The position numbers and the translations under genes were made by a program. From an uncultured Verrucomicrobiae bacterium (GTDB lineage Bacteria > Verrucomicrobiota > Verrucomicrobiia > Palsa-1439): 64,000 nt of DNA. Below are positions 32,175 to 43,622 of this stretch, piece by piece. The notes under the pieces are model-generated. The model searched no databases, was not told the origin of the DNA, and saw nothing but the letters and a program-made list of their open reading frames with translations. The stretch lies in assembly GCA_963812605.1 (NCBI GenBank), contig CAWEWF010000009.1, forward strand, positions 1 to 64,000, read 5' to 3'. How positions within the stretch are numbered: position 1 is the first letter of the stretch; each line of letters begins with the position of its first letter.

Positions 32175-35100
32175 TCAATTCCCGCCGACACGCGCCAGGC
32201 TGTGGGCGTTTTCCTCGAAGGCGGCCATGACGGCTTCTTCGCCGCTCAGGCCGGCCCTGGTCACGCGCTGGGTCGCCTCGATGACCCGTTTGTAGTCCTT
32301 CGGCATGACCTTTACGAACTTCGGCGACATCTCGTCCCAAAGTTTCAGGATATTGCGCGCCCGTTCGCTGCCGGTGTACTCCGCGTGGCGCTGGATCATC
32401 GCGCGCACTTCCTGGATCTCCTCGGGGTCTTCCAGTTTCTCCAGCCCGACCATCGCCGGATTGCAGCGTTTCGGGAAATCACCGATCACATCCAGCACGT
32501 AGGCGATACCGCCGCTCATGCCCGCCGCGAAGTTGCGGCCGGTCGAGCCGAGCACGATGACGCGCCCGGCGGTCATGTACTCGCAGCCATGATCGCCGAC
32601 CGCTTCGACGACGGCTTTGACGCCGCTGTTGCGAACGCCGAATCGTTCGCCAGCCATGCCGCGGATGTACACCTCGCCGCCCGTGGCGCCGTAGAGCGCG
32701 ACGTTGCCGATAATGATGTTCTCTTCCGGCACGAACGTGGAACCCTGGGGCGGGTAGACGATGATTTTGCCGCCGCTCAGTCCCTTGCCCACGTAGTCAT
32801 TGGCGTCACCTTGCAGCGTCAGCGTCATGCCCCGGGGCATGAACGCGCCGAAACTCTGGCCCGCGCTGCCTTTGAAATGCAGCTTGATGGTGTCCTCGGG
32901 CAGGCCTTCCGGCCCGAAACGGCGCGTGAGTTCGCTGCCCGTAATCGTGCCGACGACCCGGTTGGTGTTGCTGATGGGCAGCGTGGCGCGGACTGGTTCT
33001 CGCCGCGCTCAGCGCCGGTTCACAAACTTTCAACAACAACTGCTTGTCGAGCGACTGCGCCAGCCCGTGGTCCTGGTCAATCTGGCGGGAGCGGCCCACG
33101 GTCGGCGGCCACTTTCGGCTGGTGAAAGACCTTTGAGAAATCCAGTCCCCGCGCCTTGTAGTGTTCGAGCGCCTGCTTCACATCGAGGCGGTCAACGCGT
33201 CCAACCATCTCGAGAATCGTGCGGAACCCAAGCTGCGCCATCAACTCGCGCACTTCCTGCGCGATGAAGCGCATGAAGTTGACGACTGCCTGCGGGTCGC
33301 CGGTGAATTTCGCGCGTAGCTGCGGGTCCTGAGTGGCCACGCCGACCGGGCAGGTGTTGAGATGGCACACGCGCATCATGATGCAGCCGAGTGTGACCAG
33401 GGGCGCGGTGGCGAACCCGAATTCCTCCGCGCCCAGCAACGCGGCGATAATCACGTCCCGTCCCGTCTTGAGCTGGCCGTCGGCTTCGACGTAGACGCGG
33501 CTGCGGAGATTGTTGAGCACGAGCGTCTGCTGGGTTTCGGCGAGGCCGAGTTCCCACGGCGTGCCCGCGTGCTTGATGCTCGAAAGCGGCGAGGCGCCCG
33601 TGCCGCCGTCGTGACCGCTGATGAGAATGACGTCCGCGTGCGCCTTCGCGACACCGGCGGCGACGGTGCCGACGCCGATTTCGCTGACGAGCTTGACGCT
33701 GATGCGGGCGCGCTCGTTGGAATTTTTGAGGTCGTGGATAAGTTCCGCGAGGTCCTCGATCGAATAAATATCATGATGGGGCGGCGGCGAAATGAGGCCG
33801 ACCCCGGGCGTGGAGTGCCGCACTTTCGCGATCCAGGGGTAAACTTTCGCGCCGGGCAGTTCGCCGCCTTCGCCGGGTTTCGCGCCTTGCGCCATCTTGA
33901 TTTGCAGTTCCCGCGCCTGCGTGAGGTAATAGCTCGTCACGCCGAAGCGGCCGCTGGCCACCTGCTTGATCGCGGAATTCTTGCTGTCGCCGTTGGGCAT
34001 GGGCTGGTAGCGCTCGGGATCTTCGCCGCCCTCGCCGGTATTGCTCTTGCCGCCGATGCGGTTCATCGCGATGGCCAGGGCTTCATGGGCTTCCTTGCTG
34101 ATGGACCCGTAACTCATCGCGCCCGTCTTGAAGCGCTTGACGATGGAATCGACCGATTCGACTTCCTCCAGCGGAATTGGTTGCGGCGCGAGCCTGAGAT
34201 CGAACAGCCCGCGCAGGGTGCAGAGCGTGCGCGACTGGTTGTTGACGAGTTCCGAGTATTCCTGAAAGACCTTGTAGTTGTTCGTGCGCGTCGAGAGCTG
34301 TAATCGGGAAATCGTTTCCGGGTTGAACAAATGACCCTCGCCATCGCTGCGCCATTGGTATTGGCCACCGGGATCAAGCGTTGCGCCGTTGACAATGCGA
34401 TCGGGGAACGCATGCCGGTGGCGCAGGCGGACTTCCTCGCGCGATGACGTCGATGCCGATGCCTTCGATTTGCGACGCGGTTCCCGTGAAATATTTGTCG
34501 ACGACCGAGTGGTTGAGGCCGATGGCCTCGAAGATCTGCGCGCCGCAATAGCTCTGGATGGTCGAGATGCCCATCTTGGCCATCGTCTTGACGACGCTCT
34601 TGGTGACGGCCTTGAGGTAGTTCTTGACCGCTTTCTTGTGGTCGGTGTCCTTGACGATGCCCTGGCGAATCATGTCGTCGAGCGTCTCGAAGGCGAGGTA
34701 CGGGTTGATCGCGCCCGCGCCGTAACCGATCAGGAGCGCAAAGTGATGCACTTCGCGCGGCTCACCCGATTCGAGCACGAGCGCGACGCGCGTGCGCGTG
34801 CCCTTGCGGATGAGATGATGATGCATGCCCGCCACGGCCAGCAGCGCGGGGATCGCCGCGTGTTCGTGGTCGACGCCGCGATCGGACAGGATCAGGATGT
34901 TGTGGCCTTCCTTGATCGCCTTGCTGGCCTTGCGGAACAATTGCTCGAGCGCCTTCTCCAGTCCCTTGCCATTTTCGTCCACCTTGAAGAGAATCGGCAG
35001 GGTGATGGACTTGAAGCCGGGCCGGTCGACGTGGCGGAGGCGTTCGAATTCCTCGTTGCTCAGAACCGGGCCCTTGAGTTGGATCTGGCGGCAGCTTTCC

Positions 35101-36794
35101 GGCTGCGGATCGAGCAGGTTGCCCTCGGGGCCAATTGTGGTAAACGTCGAGGTGATGAGTTCCTCGCGGATGCAGTCGATGGGCGGATTGGTGACCTGCG
35201 CGAAGAGTTGCTTGAAATAGTTGTAGAGCAACTGCGGTCTGTTCGAGAGCACCGCCAGCGGAGTGTCCGTGCCCATTGAGCCGAGCGGCTGGACAGCGTC
35301 CTTGGCCATGGGCGCGAGGATGATCCGCAGGTCTTCGAAGGTGTATCCAAACGCCTGTTGCCGCAGGAGCACGGTCGCATGGTCGGGCTGATACACATGG
35401 GTTGACTCGGGCAGGTCTTCGAGGTCCACCAGGCCCTGCTGGAGCCACAAGCGATACGGTCGCTCGGTGGCGATCTTCTGCTTGAGCTCTTCGTCCGCGA
35501 CGATGCGGCCGAGTTTCGTATCGACGAGGAACATGCGGCCCGGCTGGAGCCGGCCTTTCTGCAGGACGCGTTCCGGTGGGACATCGAGCACGCCGACTTC
35601 CGAGGCCATGATGACCTGGTCGTCCTTCGTCACGTAATAGCGCGAGGGACGCAGGCCATTGCGGTCGAGGACCGCGCCGATCTGCACGCCGTCGGTGAAG
35701 GCGATGGAAGCCGGACCGTCCCACGGCTCGATCAGGCAACTGTGGTACTCGTAAAAGGCCTTTTTCTCATCGCTCATGCTTTCGTGACCCGACCACGGCT
35801 CGGGAATCATCATCATCATCGCGTGCGGGAGCGAGCGGCCGCCGAGCACGAGGAATTCGAGGCAGTTGTCGAACATGGCGGAGTCGCTGCCGTCTTCATT
35901 GATGATCGGCAGGAGCTTCTTCATGTCGTCGCCGAACAGATCGGACTTCAACAATGATTCGCGGGCGTGCATCCAATTGATGTTGCCGCGGAGCGTATTG
36001 ATTTCGCCGTTGTGCGCGACGTAGCGATAAGGGTGCGCCCGTTCCCAACTCGGGAACGTGTTTGTGCTGAACCGCGAATGGACGAGCGCCAGCGCGGAAG
36101 CGAACGCGGGGTCATGCAGGTCGGGAAAAAACGGGTCCACCTGCTCGGGCATGAGCATTCCCTTGTAGATGATCGTCTTGTAGGACAGGCTCGAGATGTA
36201 AAAGCGATCGCCGCCCTTGATGCCGGCGTAGCGAATGCCCCGCTCGGCGAGTTTGCGGACGACGTACAATTTGCGCTCGAACGCCATGTCGTCCTGGATC
36301 TTTGGGTTGCGCGCAATGAACACCTGGCGGACGATGGGTTCCGAGGCGCGCGCCGTCTCGCCGAGCGCGGTGTTGATGGTCGGGACCGTGCGCCAACCGA
36401 GGAGGCGATGACCTTCATTCTCGACGATTTCCTCGAAGAGTTTCTCACACTTGTACCGCGAAGTGGTATCGGGGGGCAGGTACACCATACCAACGCCGTA
36501 CTCGCCGTAAGCGGGCAGAGCGATCTTTTCCCGGGCGCAGACTTGCTTGAGAAATTCGTGCGGAGTCTGCAACAGGATACCGGCGCCATCGCCCGTGTTG
36601 GCTTCGCAACCACACGCGCCGCGATGCGCCAGGTTGACCAGGATCGTAAGCGCATCGCGGATAATCTTGTGGGACTTCTGGCCTTTGATGTTCACGACAA
36701 AGCCGACGCCGCAGGAATCGTGTTCGAACCGCGGGTCGTACAGCCCCTGCTTCTCCGGCCAACCATACGGGGTCATGGTGCGGACGTTACTCAT
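32175..36794 (-). CDS. gltB: Glutamate synthase large subunit (frameshifts near 34440 and 33100-33000)
   Basis: EHDSCGVG Ntn cysteine, [25 protein letters not shown] domain ([18 protein letters not shown]), 3Fe-4[18 protein letters not shown] domain; spans ORFs 34374-36794, 33077-34330 and 32175-32840. Confidence 0.96.
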
Positions 36795-37077
36795 TACACA
36801 TTCTCCAATACTCGCCTTGGAGCGTGACTATATGACAAGTTCGCCCCAAATTTTCAACGTCATTGTCGCTTGGGGCGGGGAAACCCAGCGGGCGGTTTGG
36901 AAACGAAAGGCAGTTTACTCCTGTTTTTCCGCAGTGAGCGGAAACACGATAGCTACACTTCATGCCTTGTGAACGTCTGTGTAACATTTTTGGAGCTCAC
37001 CCCCGCCTCGATTACGATATGAAATTATTCACAAACAACACTTTTTTGTTGTAAACCTACTGAAAAGTAGCAAAACT

Positions 37078-37710
37078 ATGAACGAAAACAAGCGAAATCT
37101 TCAGCTTTCTCGAACTGCCGACGCGGAGGTTACATTGCGCACTATTGATGACCAAGAGCGAGCCATTATCAAGGCCCTGATCCGCGACCCGCGCCAGAGT
37201 AATAATAGCATCAGCCGGATTACCGGCGTGCCCACGCCGACGGTGCGGCGGAAACGCCAGCGGCTCGAGGACGAAGGACTGCTGAATTATTTTGCGGCGA
37301 TCGACATGCAGGAGACGGGCACGGGCACTTTCAGCGCGCGACATCTCTACATCATCAAATTCCGCATCGGCATCACCGTGAAGCAGATCGTGGACGAGAT
37401 CAAGAGCGAGCCGAACGTGCGCTCGGTGTTCACCGATCTCATTTACGAATCGCACATTGCGGAGATGGACGGGCGCGTGGCGCTGGTGATGATCATCGAG
37501 GGCAAGAACGACGCGGACATCATCGAGAACGTCCAGGGTAAAATCGTGCCCTCGCTGCGCAAGAACCACGGCCCGGACTCGATTGAAGAGATCTCCACTT
37601 TGCGCCTGCTCAGCCCCATTCGCGTGTTCCATAATTACGTGCCGCTCGTGAACATGCACAACGGCGTGCTGCGCGCCGATTGGACCGACGATGCGATCTT
37701 CGTGGGCTAG
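37078..37710 (+). CDS. Lrp/AsnC-type transcriptional regulator divergent from gltBD
   Basis: IDDQERAIIKALIRDPRQSNNSISRITGVPTPTVRRKRQRLEDEGLL N-terminal HTH. Confidence 0.85.
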   Translation: MNENKRNLQLSRTADAEVTLRTIDDQERAIIKALIRDPRQSNNSISRITGVPTPTVRRKRQRLEDEGLLNYFAAIDMQETGTGTFSARHLYIIKFRIGITVKQIVDEIKSEPNVRSVFTDLIYESHIAEMDGRVALVMIIEGKNDADIIENVQGKIVPSLRKNHGPDSIEEISTLRLLSPIRVFHNYVPLVNMHNGVLRADWTDDAIFVG

Positions 37711-37712
37711 GG

Positions 37713-38549
37713 TTGCCCTCGCGCTCGCAGCCGCATGCATTGATTGCGGCGCCGACGCGCGCGGTGCCGCCGGTTCCCTTTGAGCAGAGGCCCTGGAACC
37801 AACTCTCCGACAGGCACATTTCCGATTGGGGGCAAACCGCGCTCGCGATTCACAGCAATTCGTGGATGCACGTCGAGACGGAGCATTTCATTATTCATTG
37901 TTTTCGCGACGAGGACAAGATCGCCAACCGCAGTGAGGCGTTCTGGGTGGAGATCCGTGATTTCTTCGGCAATCGGCGGGACCTGCTCGAGGGCCGCAAG
38001 TCTCACGTTTTCGCCTTTCACGAGGTGGTGGATTGGAGAACATTCGCCAGGGAGATTAACAAGGGGAACATCCTCGGGATCACGCGCGGCAATGAGTTCT
38101 TCTACCTTTCGATCGGCGACAACGGTTACTTTGACAGCAATGGGAGGGTCCAGGCGCACGAGATGACGCACCTCATCTTCAATCGCTTTTTCAGCGGTCG
38201 CCCGCCATTGTGGCTCAACGAGGGCGTGGCGGAGTATTTCGGCCGGCGCAAAACTTCCAGCATCGTTGAGTTTCGCCGGCAGGTGGGCCAAACGCCGAAG
38301 TTCACCCTGGCGCGGCTCTTCTCCACGGATACGTATCCGAGCGATCCGCTCGACGTGCAGGCGTTTTATGCGGAGGCGGCCATCGTGGTCGATTTTCTTT
38401 CGCATACGGAAGACCGGCGCGTACTGCTGCCGAGGTTCATCGAGGCGATGATCAACGAGAACGACCTCGACAGGGCGCTGACGATCTACGGTTACAGGAA
38501 TCGCGCCGAGTTCGAAGAGGATTACAACCGTTACCGCCGCCGCTTTTAG
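37713..38549 (+). CDS. Gluzincin-like (peptidase MA/DUF1570) protein
   Basis: HEMTH followed by PLWLNEGVAEY; start uncertain. Confidence 0.7.
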   Translation: MPSRSQPHALIAAPTRAVPPVPFEQRPWNQLSDRHISDWGQTALAIHSNSWMHVETEHFIIHCFRDEDKIANRSEAFWVEIRDFFGNRRDLLEGRKSHVFAFHEVVDWRTFAREINKGNILGITRGNEFFYLSIGDNGYFDSNGRVQAHEMTHLIFNRFFSGRPPLWLNEGVAEYFGRRKTSSIVEFRRQVGQTPKFTLARLFSTDTYPSDPLDVQAFYAEAAIVVDFLSHTEDRRVLLPRFIEAMINENDLDRALTIYGYRNRAEFEEDYNRYRRRF

Positions 38550-38712
38550 CGATTCCCCGGAAGTTCCGGAGCGGGTGGAGAGCGACTCTTGCGCCCTGGC
38601 GGTGTTTGAGTGAAGGTCACGAGTCGATCGAACAGGTCATAACGCAGGCTGGACGGTGGCGCGCCGTGCAGGTATGCTTTCAACACGAACCTTAAAAGGG
38701 GAACCACGCAAC

Positions 38713-39396
38713 ATGAAACAGTCACCGATAATTTTCGCAAGCGCAGTGGCCCTGGGGATGTTGGTTGTGGTGGGCTGTTCGAAGCCGGCATCCGAGGACA
38801 CGCTGCCGCCACCCAAGCCGGTCACGGCAAAAGCCCTCGAGTTTCCCCCGCCGACCAACCTGGCATCCACGCCTTCGGCCGTGCAAGTGGCACCGGCCAC
38901 GTCGGCTGTACCCGCGGCCACGGAAGCTTCGCAAGAGGATTCACCGGCGCAACTGGTCGGGCAGGTCAAGCAGTTTGAGGCCGATTACCAGGGCACGGCG
39001 GACTATCAAAAGCGGGTGGTGATCATTTACAACCTCAGCTCGGTCGAATCGCCCGAAACCATCGATGCCATCGGCCGGCTGTTCCTCAACGAGAAGGACA
39101 AGGACCTGAAAATCGAGTTGGTGAACTCCCTGTTGGACATCGAAGGCGAAAACGACAAGAAACTGGCGATCCTCGGCACCGCCATCCACGCCGACCAGCC
39201 GAAGGAGGTGCGTCTCGGAGCGATCGACGGAATGGGGGACACGGAAGACAAGCGCGCGATCCAGGTCTTGCAGACCTTGCTCACCGACCCCGATGAAGAC
39301 ATACGACAGAACGCGCAGGATACCATCGATCAGTTACAAACGGACGTGACGCCGCCGCCAATGCCGGCCCAAACGCCCGCTCAACCAGGCAAATAG
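38713..39396 (+). CDS. HEAT-repeat lipoprotein
   Basis: Lipobox VVGC, Pro/Ala linker, HEAT-like LLTDPDEDIRQNA. Confidence 0.8.
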   Translation: MKQSPIIFASAVALGMLVVVGCSKPASEDTLPPPKPVTAKALEFPPPTNLASTPSAVQVAPATSAVPAATEASQEDSPAQLVGQVKQFEADYQGTADYQKRVVIIYNLSSVESPETIDAIGRLFLNEKDKDLKIELVNSLLDIEGENDKKLAILGTAIHADQPKEVRLGAIDGMGDTEDKRAIQVLQTLLTDPDEDIRQNAQDTIDQLQTDVTPPPMPAQTPAQPGK

Positions 39397-39422
39397 GCGC
39401 GGGCGGATCGCGACATTGCCCT

Positions 39423-39480
39423 TGTAGCCGCGAAACATTTTCGCGGTGGGAGGGGGCCGCGAATGCGATTCGCGGCTACA
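39423..39480. repeat. REP doublet
   Basis: TGTAGCCGCGAAACATTTTCGCGG ... CCGCGAATGCGATTCGCGGCTACA. Confidence 0.75.
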
Positions 39481-39535
39481 ATCTGGCGGCATTGCCGACG
39501 TGCGCCCCCGAGGGAAACTGGCGGGAAGATAATCG

Positions 39536-39564
39536 TTGACGGAGGCGCGGGCTTCCGGTATGTT
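39536..39564 (+). promoter_or_regulatory. Sigma70-type promoter of rplU
   Basis: TTGACG-N17-TATGTT, 34 bp before the ATG. Confidence 0.55.
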
Positions 39565-39597
39565 TTTCGCCCCTTCCCAAGAGGAAAAGGACACATT

Positions 39598-39912
39598 ATG
39601 TATGCAGTAATTCGAACAGGTGCCAAGCAGTATCGCGTCCAGCCCGGCGACGTTTTGGAGGTTGAACTCCTCGACGGCGAGAAGGGCAAGGAGATTGCGT
39701 TGGAGGACGTTTTGTTGGTGGCCGACGGCGAGAAAATCCAGGTCGGCAAGCCCAACATCAAAGGCGCGCGCGTGACCGCCGAGGTCATTGAGGAGGACAA
39801 GAAGGGCAAAAAGGTCATCGCCTTCAAGTTCCGCCGTCGCGAAGGCTACCATCGCAAACGCGGCATCCGCGCGCACCATACCGTTTTGAAGATCAAAGAA
39901 ATCATCGTATAG
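39598..39912 (+). CDS. rplU: 50S ribosomal protein L21
   Basis: MYAVIRTGAKQYRV..., KVIAFKFRRR; precedes rpmA. Confidence 0.97.
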   Translation: MYAVIRTGAKQYRVQPGDVLEVELLDGEKGKEIALEDVLLVADGEKIQVGKPNIKGARVTAEVIEEDKKGKKVIAFKFRRREGYHRKRGIRAHHTVLKIKEIIV

Positions 39913-39964
39913 TGGCTTGGTAGGGATGGCTCTCCGAGCCGTCCGCAGTGAGGAGTGACCCGTC

Positions 39965-40231
39965 ATGGCACATAAAAAAGGTCAAGGTAGTTCAAGGAAC
40001 GGACGCGATAGCGTCAGCAAGCGGCTCGGCGTGAAACGATTCGGCGGCGAGACCATCAGCGCCGGCAGCATCATCATCCGCCAGCGCGGTTCCCGTTTCG
40101 TCGCGGGCGCCAACGTCGGCATCGGCCGCGACTGGACCCTGTTCGCCCTGACCGACGGCCAGGTCCGCTTCGACAAGCAGGGCCGCCGCGTCAACATCGA
40201 CCCCGTCGCCGCGCCCGCCAGCAAGTCGTAA
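39965..40231 (+). CDS. rpmA: 50S ribosomal protein L27
   Basis: [25 protein letters not shown]. Confidence 0.98.
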   Translation: MAHKKGQGSSRNGRDSVSKRLGVKRFGGETISAGSIIIRQRGSRFVAGANVGIGRDWTLFALTDGQVRFDKQGRRVNIDPVAAPASKS

Positions 40232-40265
40232 CAATTCGCTGTTGCAGTGGAAGGCAATATCCATT

Positions 40266-40289
40266 TGTAGGGCAAGCGGCCCGCTTGCC
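40266..40289. repeat. Free-standing REP of the family found inside the MITE
   Basis: TGTAGGGCAAGCGGCCCGCTTGCC versus MITE-internal TGTAGGGCAAGCGGCTCGCTTGCC. Confidence 0.8.
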
Positions 40290-40308
40290 ACCGGTTGGGT
40301 TCTCGACC

Positions 40309-40590
40309 ATGAGCCCCTACACAAATTACGACGATCTCGCCCGTTTGGAATACGGGCGCATTTTGTGGCGCAATCCACAGGATCGCGAACAACTCATTCG
40401 TCACTGGACCGACCTGCGGCATCCCCATCGTGAACGCTTCCTACAGAATCGCATATTAGTCGAGAAGCTGCTCGCCTCGCGTCCTGAAGATGATTCTATT
40501 TTGGAAAGTGAATTGATTCAACATGGCACAAGCCTGCGTGCTGCGATGCGCGAAATTCCGCCCGTCTTTGGGTCTTTCTGGCGTGGTTGA
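40309..40590 (+). CDS. Hypothetical protein
   Basis: 93-aa ORF with protein-like composition; family not recognised. Confidence 0.6.
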   Translation: MSPYTNYDDLARLEYGRILWRNPQDREQLIRHWTDLRHPHRERFLQNRILVEKLLASRPEDDSILESELIQHGTSLRAAMREIPPVFGSFWRG

Positions 40591-40861
40591 TGGGGTGCGC
40601 TATGACAAGTTTCCATTTACAGAAAGAAGAGATGCGACCCCAATGTCTACCACAATTAACCACAAGCGGCGTGGAATAATAGTTTGTGGCTCCCAACAAA
40701 TTGGAGACCGAATTGTCTGATGTTGAGACCTGACCCCATTCTACATGCCATTCTACATTCAGTAGCGAAAACGAACTTGCGTCAAAAAGAAACCGTCCAG
40801 AGTGCAGAGTTGACTCCAATGATGAAACTACAATATCTGCAACATGGAGCAACTGAGTGAA

Positions 40862-41365
40862 ATGAAATCTCTTATCATCGCAAGCGGCCTCATTATGGTT
40901 TTGAGCCTTTCGGGGTGTACTCAAGGCAGCGATAACGTCCAGCAACGAGCATTATTAACGGCGATTCAACATGGCGAAGAAAACGCAAGTAGCAATCCAA
41001 CCAATTTCACTGCGCAGAGTAACTTATTGGAATTGTACGCAGCGTACTTTACGCTGCTACCAACAAATTCCATGTCTCAAGCGGAAACTTATCGGCAGAA
41101 GGGCCTCGTCACGGCCGAGCATGCGCTGGCTTTAGCGCCGAACACCTACGCGCGTGTGTTCATCGGCATGGCACTCGAGAAGCTTAAGGAGCCACGTCGC
41201 GCTCTTTCCATTTACAAGGAGTACTTAGCGGAAGGAGACAAGGCTGGGGCTGAATACACCCGTAATGCCCCAGTCGATCAAAGGCTGCGTCCCGAATTGC
41301 AGACGGAAGTAGAGCAATTACGGGTTGGGATCAAGCGTCGGGTGCGGGAAATAGAAGGTCAATAA
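40862..41365 (+). CDS. Hypothetical lipoprotein with TPR-like helices
   Basis: Lipobox LSGC, ALALAPN TPR-like motif; AT-richer DNA. Confidence 0.65.
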   Translation: MKSLIIASGLIMVLSLSGCTQGSDNVQQRALLTAIQHGEENASSNPTNFTAQSNLLELYAAYFTLLPTNSMSQAETYRQKGLVTAEHALALAPNTYARVFIGMALEKLKEPRRALSIYKEYLAEGDKAGAEYTRNAPVDQRLRPELQTEVEQLRVGIKRRVREIEGQ

Positions 41366-41511
41366 CAAGGGCTGTTGCATTAGTGATCAAATTGACTTCC
41401 TGATTTCGCATAGAAGGCATCAACCAATTAGCAACGAGATCGCCGGCTACCGCTACCAGTCACTTAGGCCGGCTGACATTCATAAGATTGTTATGGTAAA
41501 GTTTTCGCCTC

Positions 41512-42564
41512 ATGGCGACGTTGAACAACTTAACCGAGAAGGCGGCGGGGGACGCGGAGCTTTCGCGCGGCGACGTGGCGGAGGCGATGCGGGCGTTGCT
41601 GGACGAGGCGGTCGCGGAGGAGGCGAAGGGGGACTTTCTCACGGCGTTGGCGCGCAAGGGGGAGACTGCGGGGGAAATCGCGGCGTTTGCGCTGGAGTTG
41701 CGTTCGCGCGCGGTCGATCCGCAGATCGATCCGGCGCGGTTCGGCGGGGTGGTGTTGGACGTGGTCGGCACGGGCGCGGACATGTCGCACACCTTTAATG
41801 TTTCCACGTGCACGATTTTCGTAGCGGCGGCGGCCGGCGTGGCGGTGGCCAAACACGGTAATCGCGCGATCACCAGCAAGTGCGGCAGCGCGGATGTATT
41901 GACGGCGCTGGGCGCGAAAATCGAACTGTCGCCCGAGGCGGCGCGGCGTTGCCTCGAAACATCGGGCGTGACGTTCTTGTTTGCGCAGCATTATCATCCC
42001 GCGTTCAAGTCCATCGCACCCGTGCGGCGCAAACTGGCAGAACGCAAGCAGCGCACCGTGTTCAATATTCTCGGCCCGCTGGTCAACCCCGCGCACCCGA
42101 CGCATCAACTCGTTGGCGTATTCGATCGCGGGTTGGTCGGCAAGTTCGCGGAGGTCCTGCGCTTGCTTGAAGTGAAACACGCGCTGGTCGTGCATGGAGA
42201 CGGGCTCGACGAATTGTCCACTTTGGGGGTCAATACGATGGCGGAATTGTGGGCGGGCCGCATCGAGCAGACCGAGCGCGATTTCCGCGTGCCGCATACT
42301 TCGTGGCGGGGCGTGGTCGTCAAGCCGGAGGAACTATTCGGCGGGGACGCGACGACGAACGCCGGTATCGTGCGGGACGTATTGAGCGGCAAGGACCGTG
42401 GTCCGCGGCGCGATATCGTGTTGTTGAACGCGGCCGCGGCGCTCGTGGTTGCGGAAAAGGTGACGGATTTCGCGAGTGGCTGGAACGTGGCGGCGGAATT
42501 GATCGACAGCGGCGCCGCGCTGGAAAAGCTGGAACGATTTGTGGAAGCGACCAATCGGGAGTAA
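41512..42564 (+). CDS. trpD: Anthranilate phosphoribosyltransferase
   Basis: DVVGTGAD..TFNVST, KHGNRAITSKCGSADVL, RTVFNILGPLVNP, GLDE. Confidence 0.96.
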   Translation: MATLNNLTEKAAGDAELSRGDVAEAMRALLDEAVAEEAKGDFLTALARKGETAGEIAAFALELRSRAVDPQIDPARFGGVVLDVVGTGADMSHTFNVSTCTIFVAAAAGVAVAKHGNRAITSKCGSADVLTALGAKIELSPEAARRCLETSGVTFLFAQHYHPAFKSIAPVRRKLAERKQRTVFNILGPLVNPAHPTHQLVGVFDRGLVGKFAEVLRLLEVKHALVVHGDGLDELSTLGVNTMAELWAGRIEQTERDFRVPHTSWRGVVVKPEELFGGDATTNAGIVRDVLSGKDRGPRRDIVLLNAAAALVVAEKVTDFASGWNVAAELIDSGAALEKLERFVEATNRE

Positions 42565-42572
42565 ATTCTCTG

Positions 42573-43523
42573 GTGCGAGCAGCCCTGGCAAAACCTTTGG
42601 ATTGGTGCTCGATTCAACTCGCGCGGTTAAGCGTGCATCGTGGTTCGGGCGACGCTGGACAAGTGGCGGAAGTTGAATCGTTCATCGAGGACCCGGACTT
42701 CTTCGGCGATTCCGTCACGGCCCCGAAAGACCTGCGATTCACCACCAAGCGCGCGTTTCAGTTCACTTCGCCGGTCGTGTCACCCTGGAAGCGCAACAAC
42801 ACGGTGCATGGGCGGCTTTTCACGACGGGCAAACGATGGCAGGACAAGCCGGTGGTTATTCTGCTGCATGGTTGGAACATGCAAGCGGGCTATCACGTAT
42901 TGTTCCCGCACCTGGCGCGGCGTTTGACGAAGCAGGGGGTGAACGTGGCGATGTTCGCGTTGCCTTACCATACCCGGCGCAAACCGCGCGGCAAAAAAGC
43001 GATCCACAACTTTCTCTCCGGCGACCTGGTGCACGTCGTGCAGGCGGCCCATCAATCACTGGCCGATGCCCGGGCGCTGATTGCGTGGCTCACCGAACAA
43101 GGCTGTCCGCGGATCGGGCTGTGGGGCATTTCGCTCGGCGCGTGGTTGAGCGGGTTGCTTGCCTGCGAGGATGCCCGCATTGATTGCGCGGTATTGATGT
43201 CACCAGTGTCGCGGATGGATCGGGTGATTGCGGAGTTGGATTTCTGCGCGCCCATTCGCCGCAGTCTCGGTGGCGCGCGGGTAAATCTCAACTCGCTGAA
43301 CCTGGTGAATCGCGAACTGAAACTTGCGCCGGAGGATGTTCTACTGGTCGCGTCCGAACACGATTTGTTCGCGCCGATCCGGACGGCGGAGGAACTCTGC
43401 GAGGCGTGGGGCGGGACGGAGTTGTGGCGGTTGCGGCATGGCCACATCAGCGTGCTGATGTCGATGCCAGTGATGGAGCGCACGGTCGGGTGGATTGCAG
43501 GGAGGTTGTTGCGTGACCGTTGA
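42573..43523 (+). CDS. Alpha/beta hydrolase (ABHD18/DUF2048-like)
   Basis: LLHGW, LPYH..R, GISLG nucleophile elbow, D and HGH; start uncertain. Confidence 0.8.
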   Translation: MRAALAKPLDWCSIQLARLSVHRGSGDAGQVAEVESFIEDPDFFGDSVTAPKDLRFTTKRAFQFTSPVVSPWKRNNTVHGRLFTTGKRWQDKPVVILLHGWNMQAGYHVLFPHLARRLTKQGVNVAMFALPYHTRRKPRGKKAIHNFLSGDLVHVVQAAHQSLADARALIAWLTEQGCPRIGLWGISLGAWLSGLLACEDARIDCAVLMSPVSRMDRVIAELDFCAPIRRSLGGARVNLNSLNLVNRELKLAPEDVLLVASEHDLFAPIRTAEELCEAWGGTELWRLRHGHISVLMSMPVMERTVGWIAGRLLRDR

Positions 43524-43622
43524 CCGGGTATTTCTTGACGAATTTTTCCCTGTCCGAAGGGCATAACCAAGATGTTTCTTCTGTACATTCATCACCCCGG
43601 CAGGCATTTGAATTGCTTTGTT

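Noticed and set aside
30591-33125. 844-aa plus-strand ORF and similar long antisense ORFs (e.g. 20983-22680, 54588-55778)
   Set aside because: Shadow ORFs opposite gltD/gltB, tkt and kimA, as expected in high-GC DNA.
36951-36967. Sigma54 promoter for gltB
   Set aside because: Spacing is GG-N11-GC rather than the required N10.
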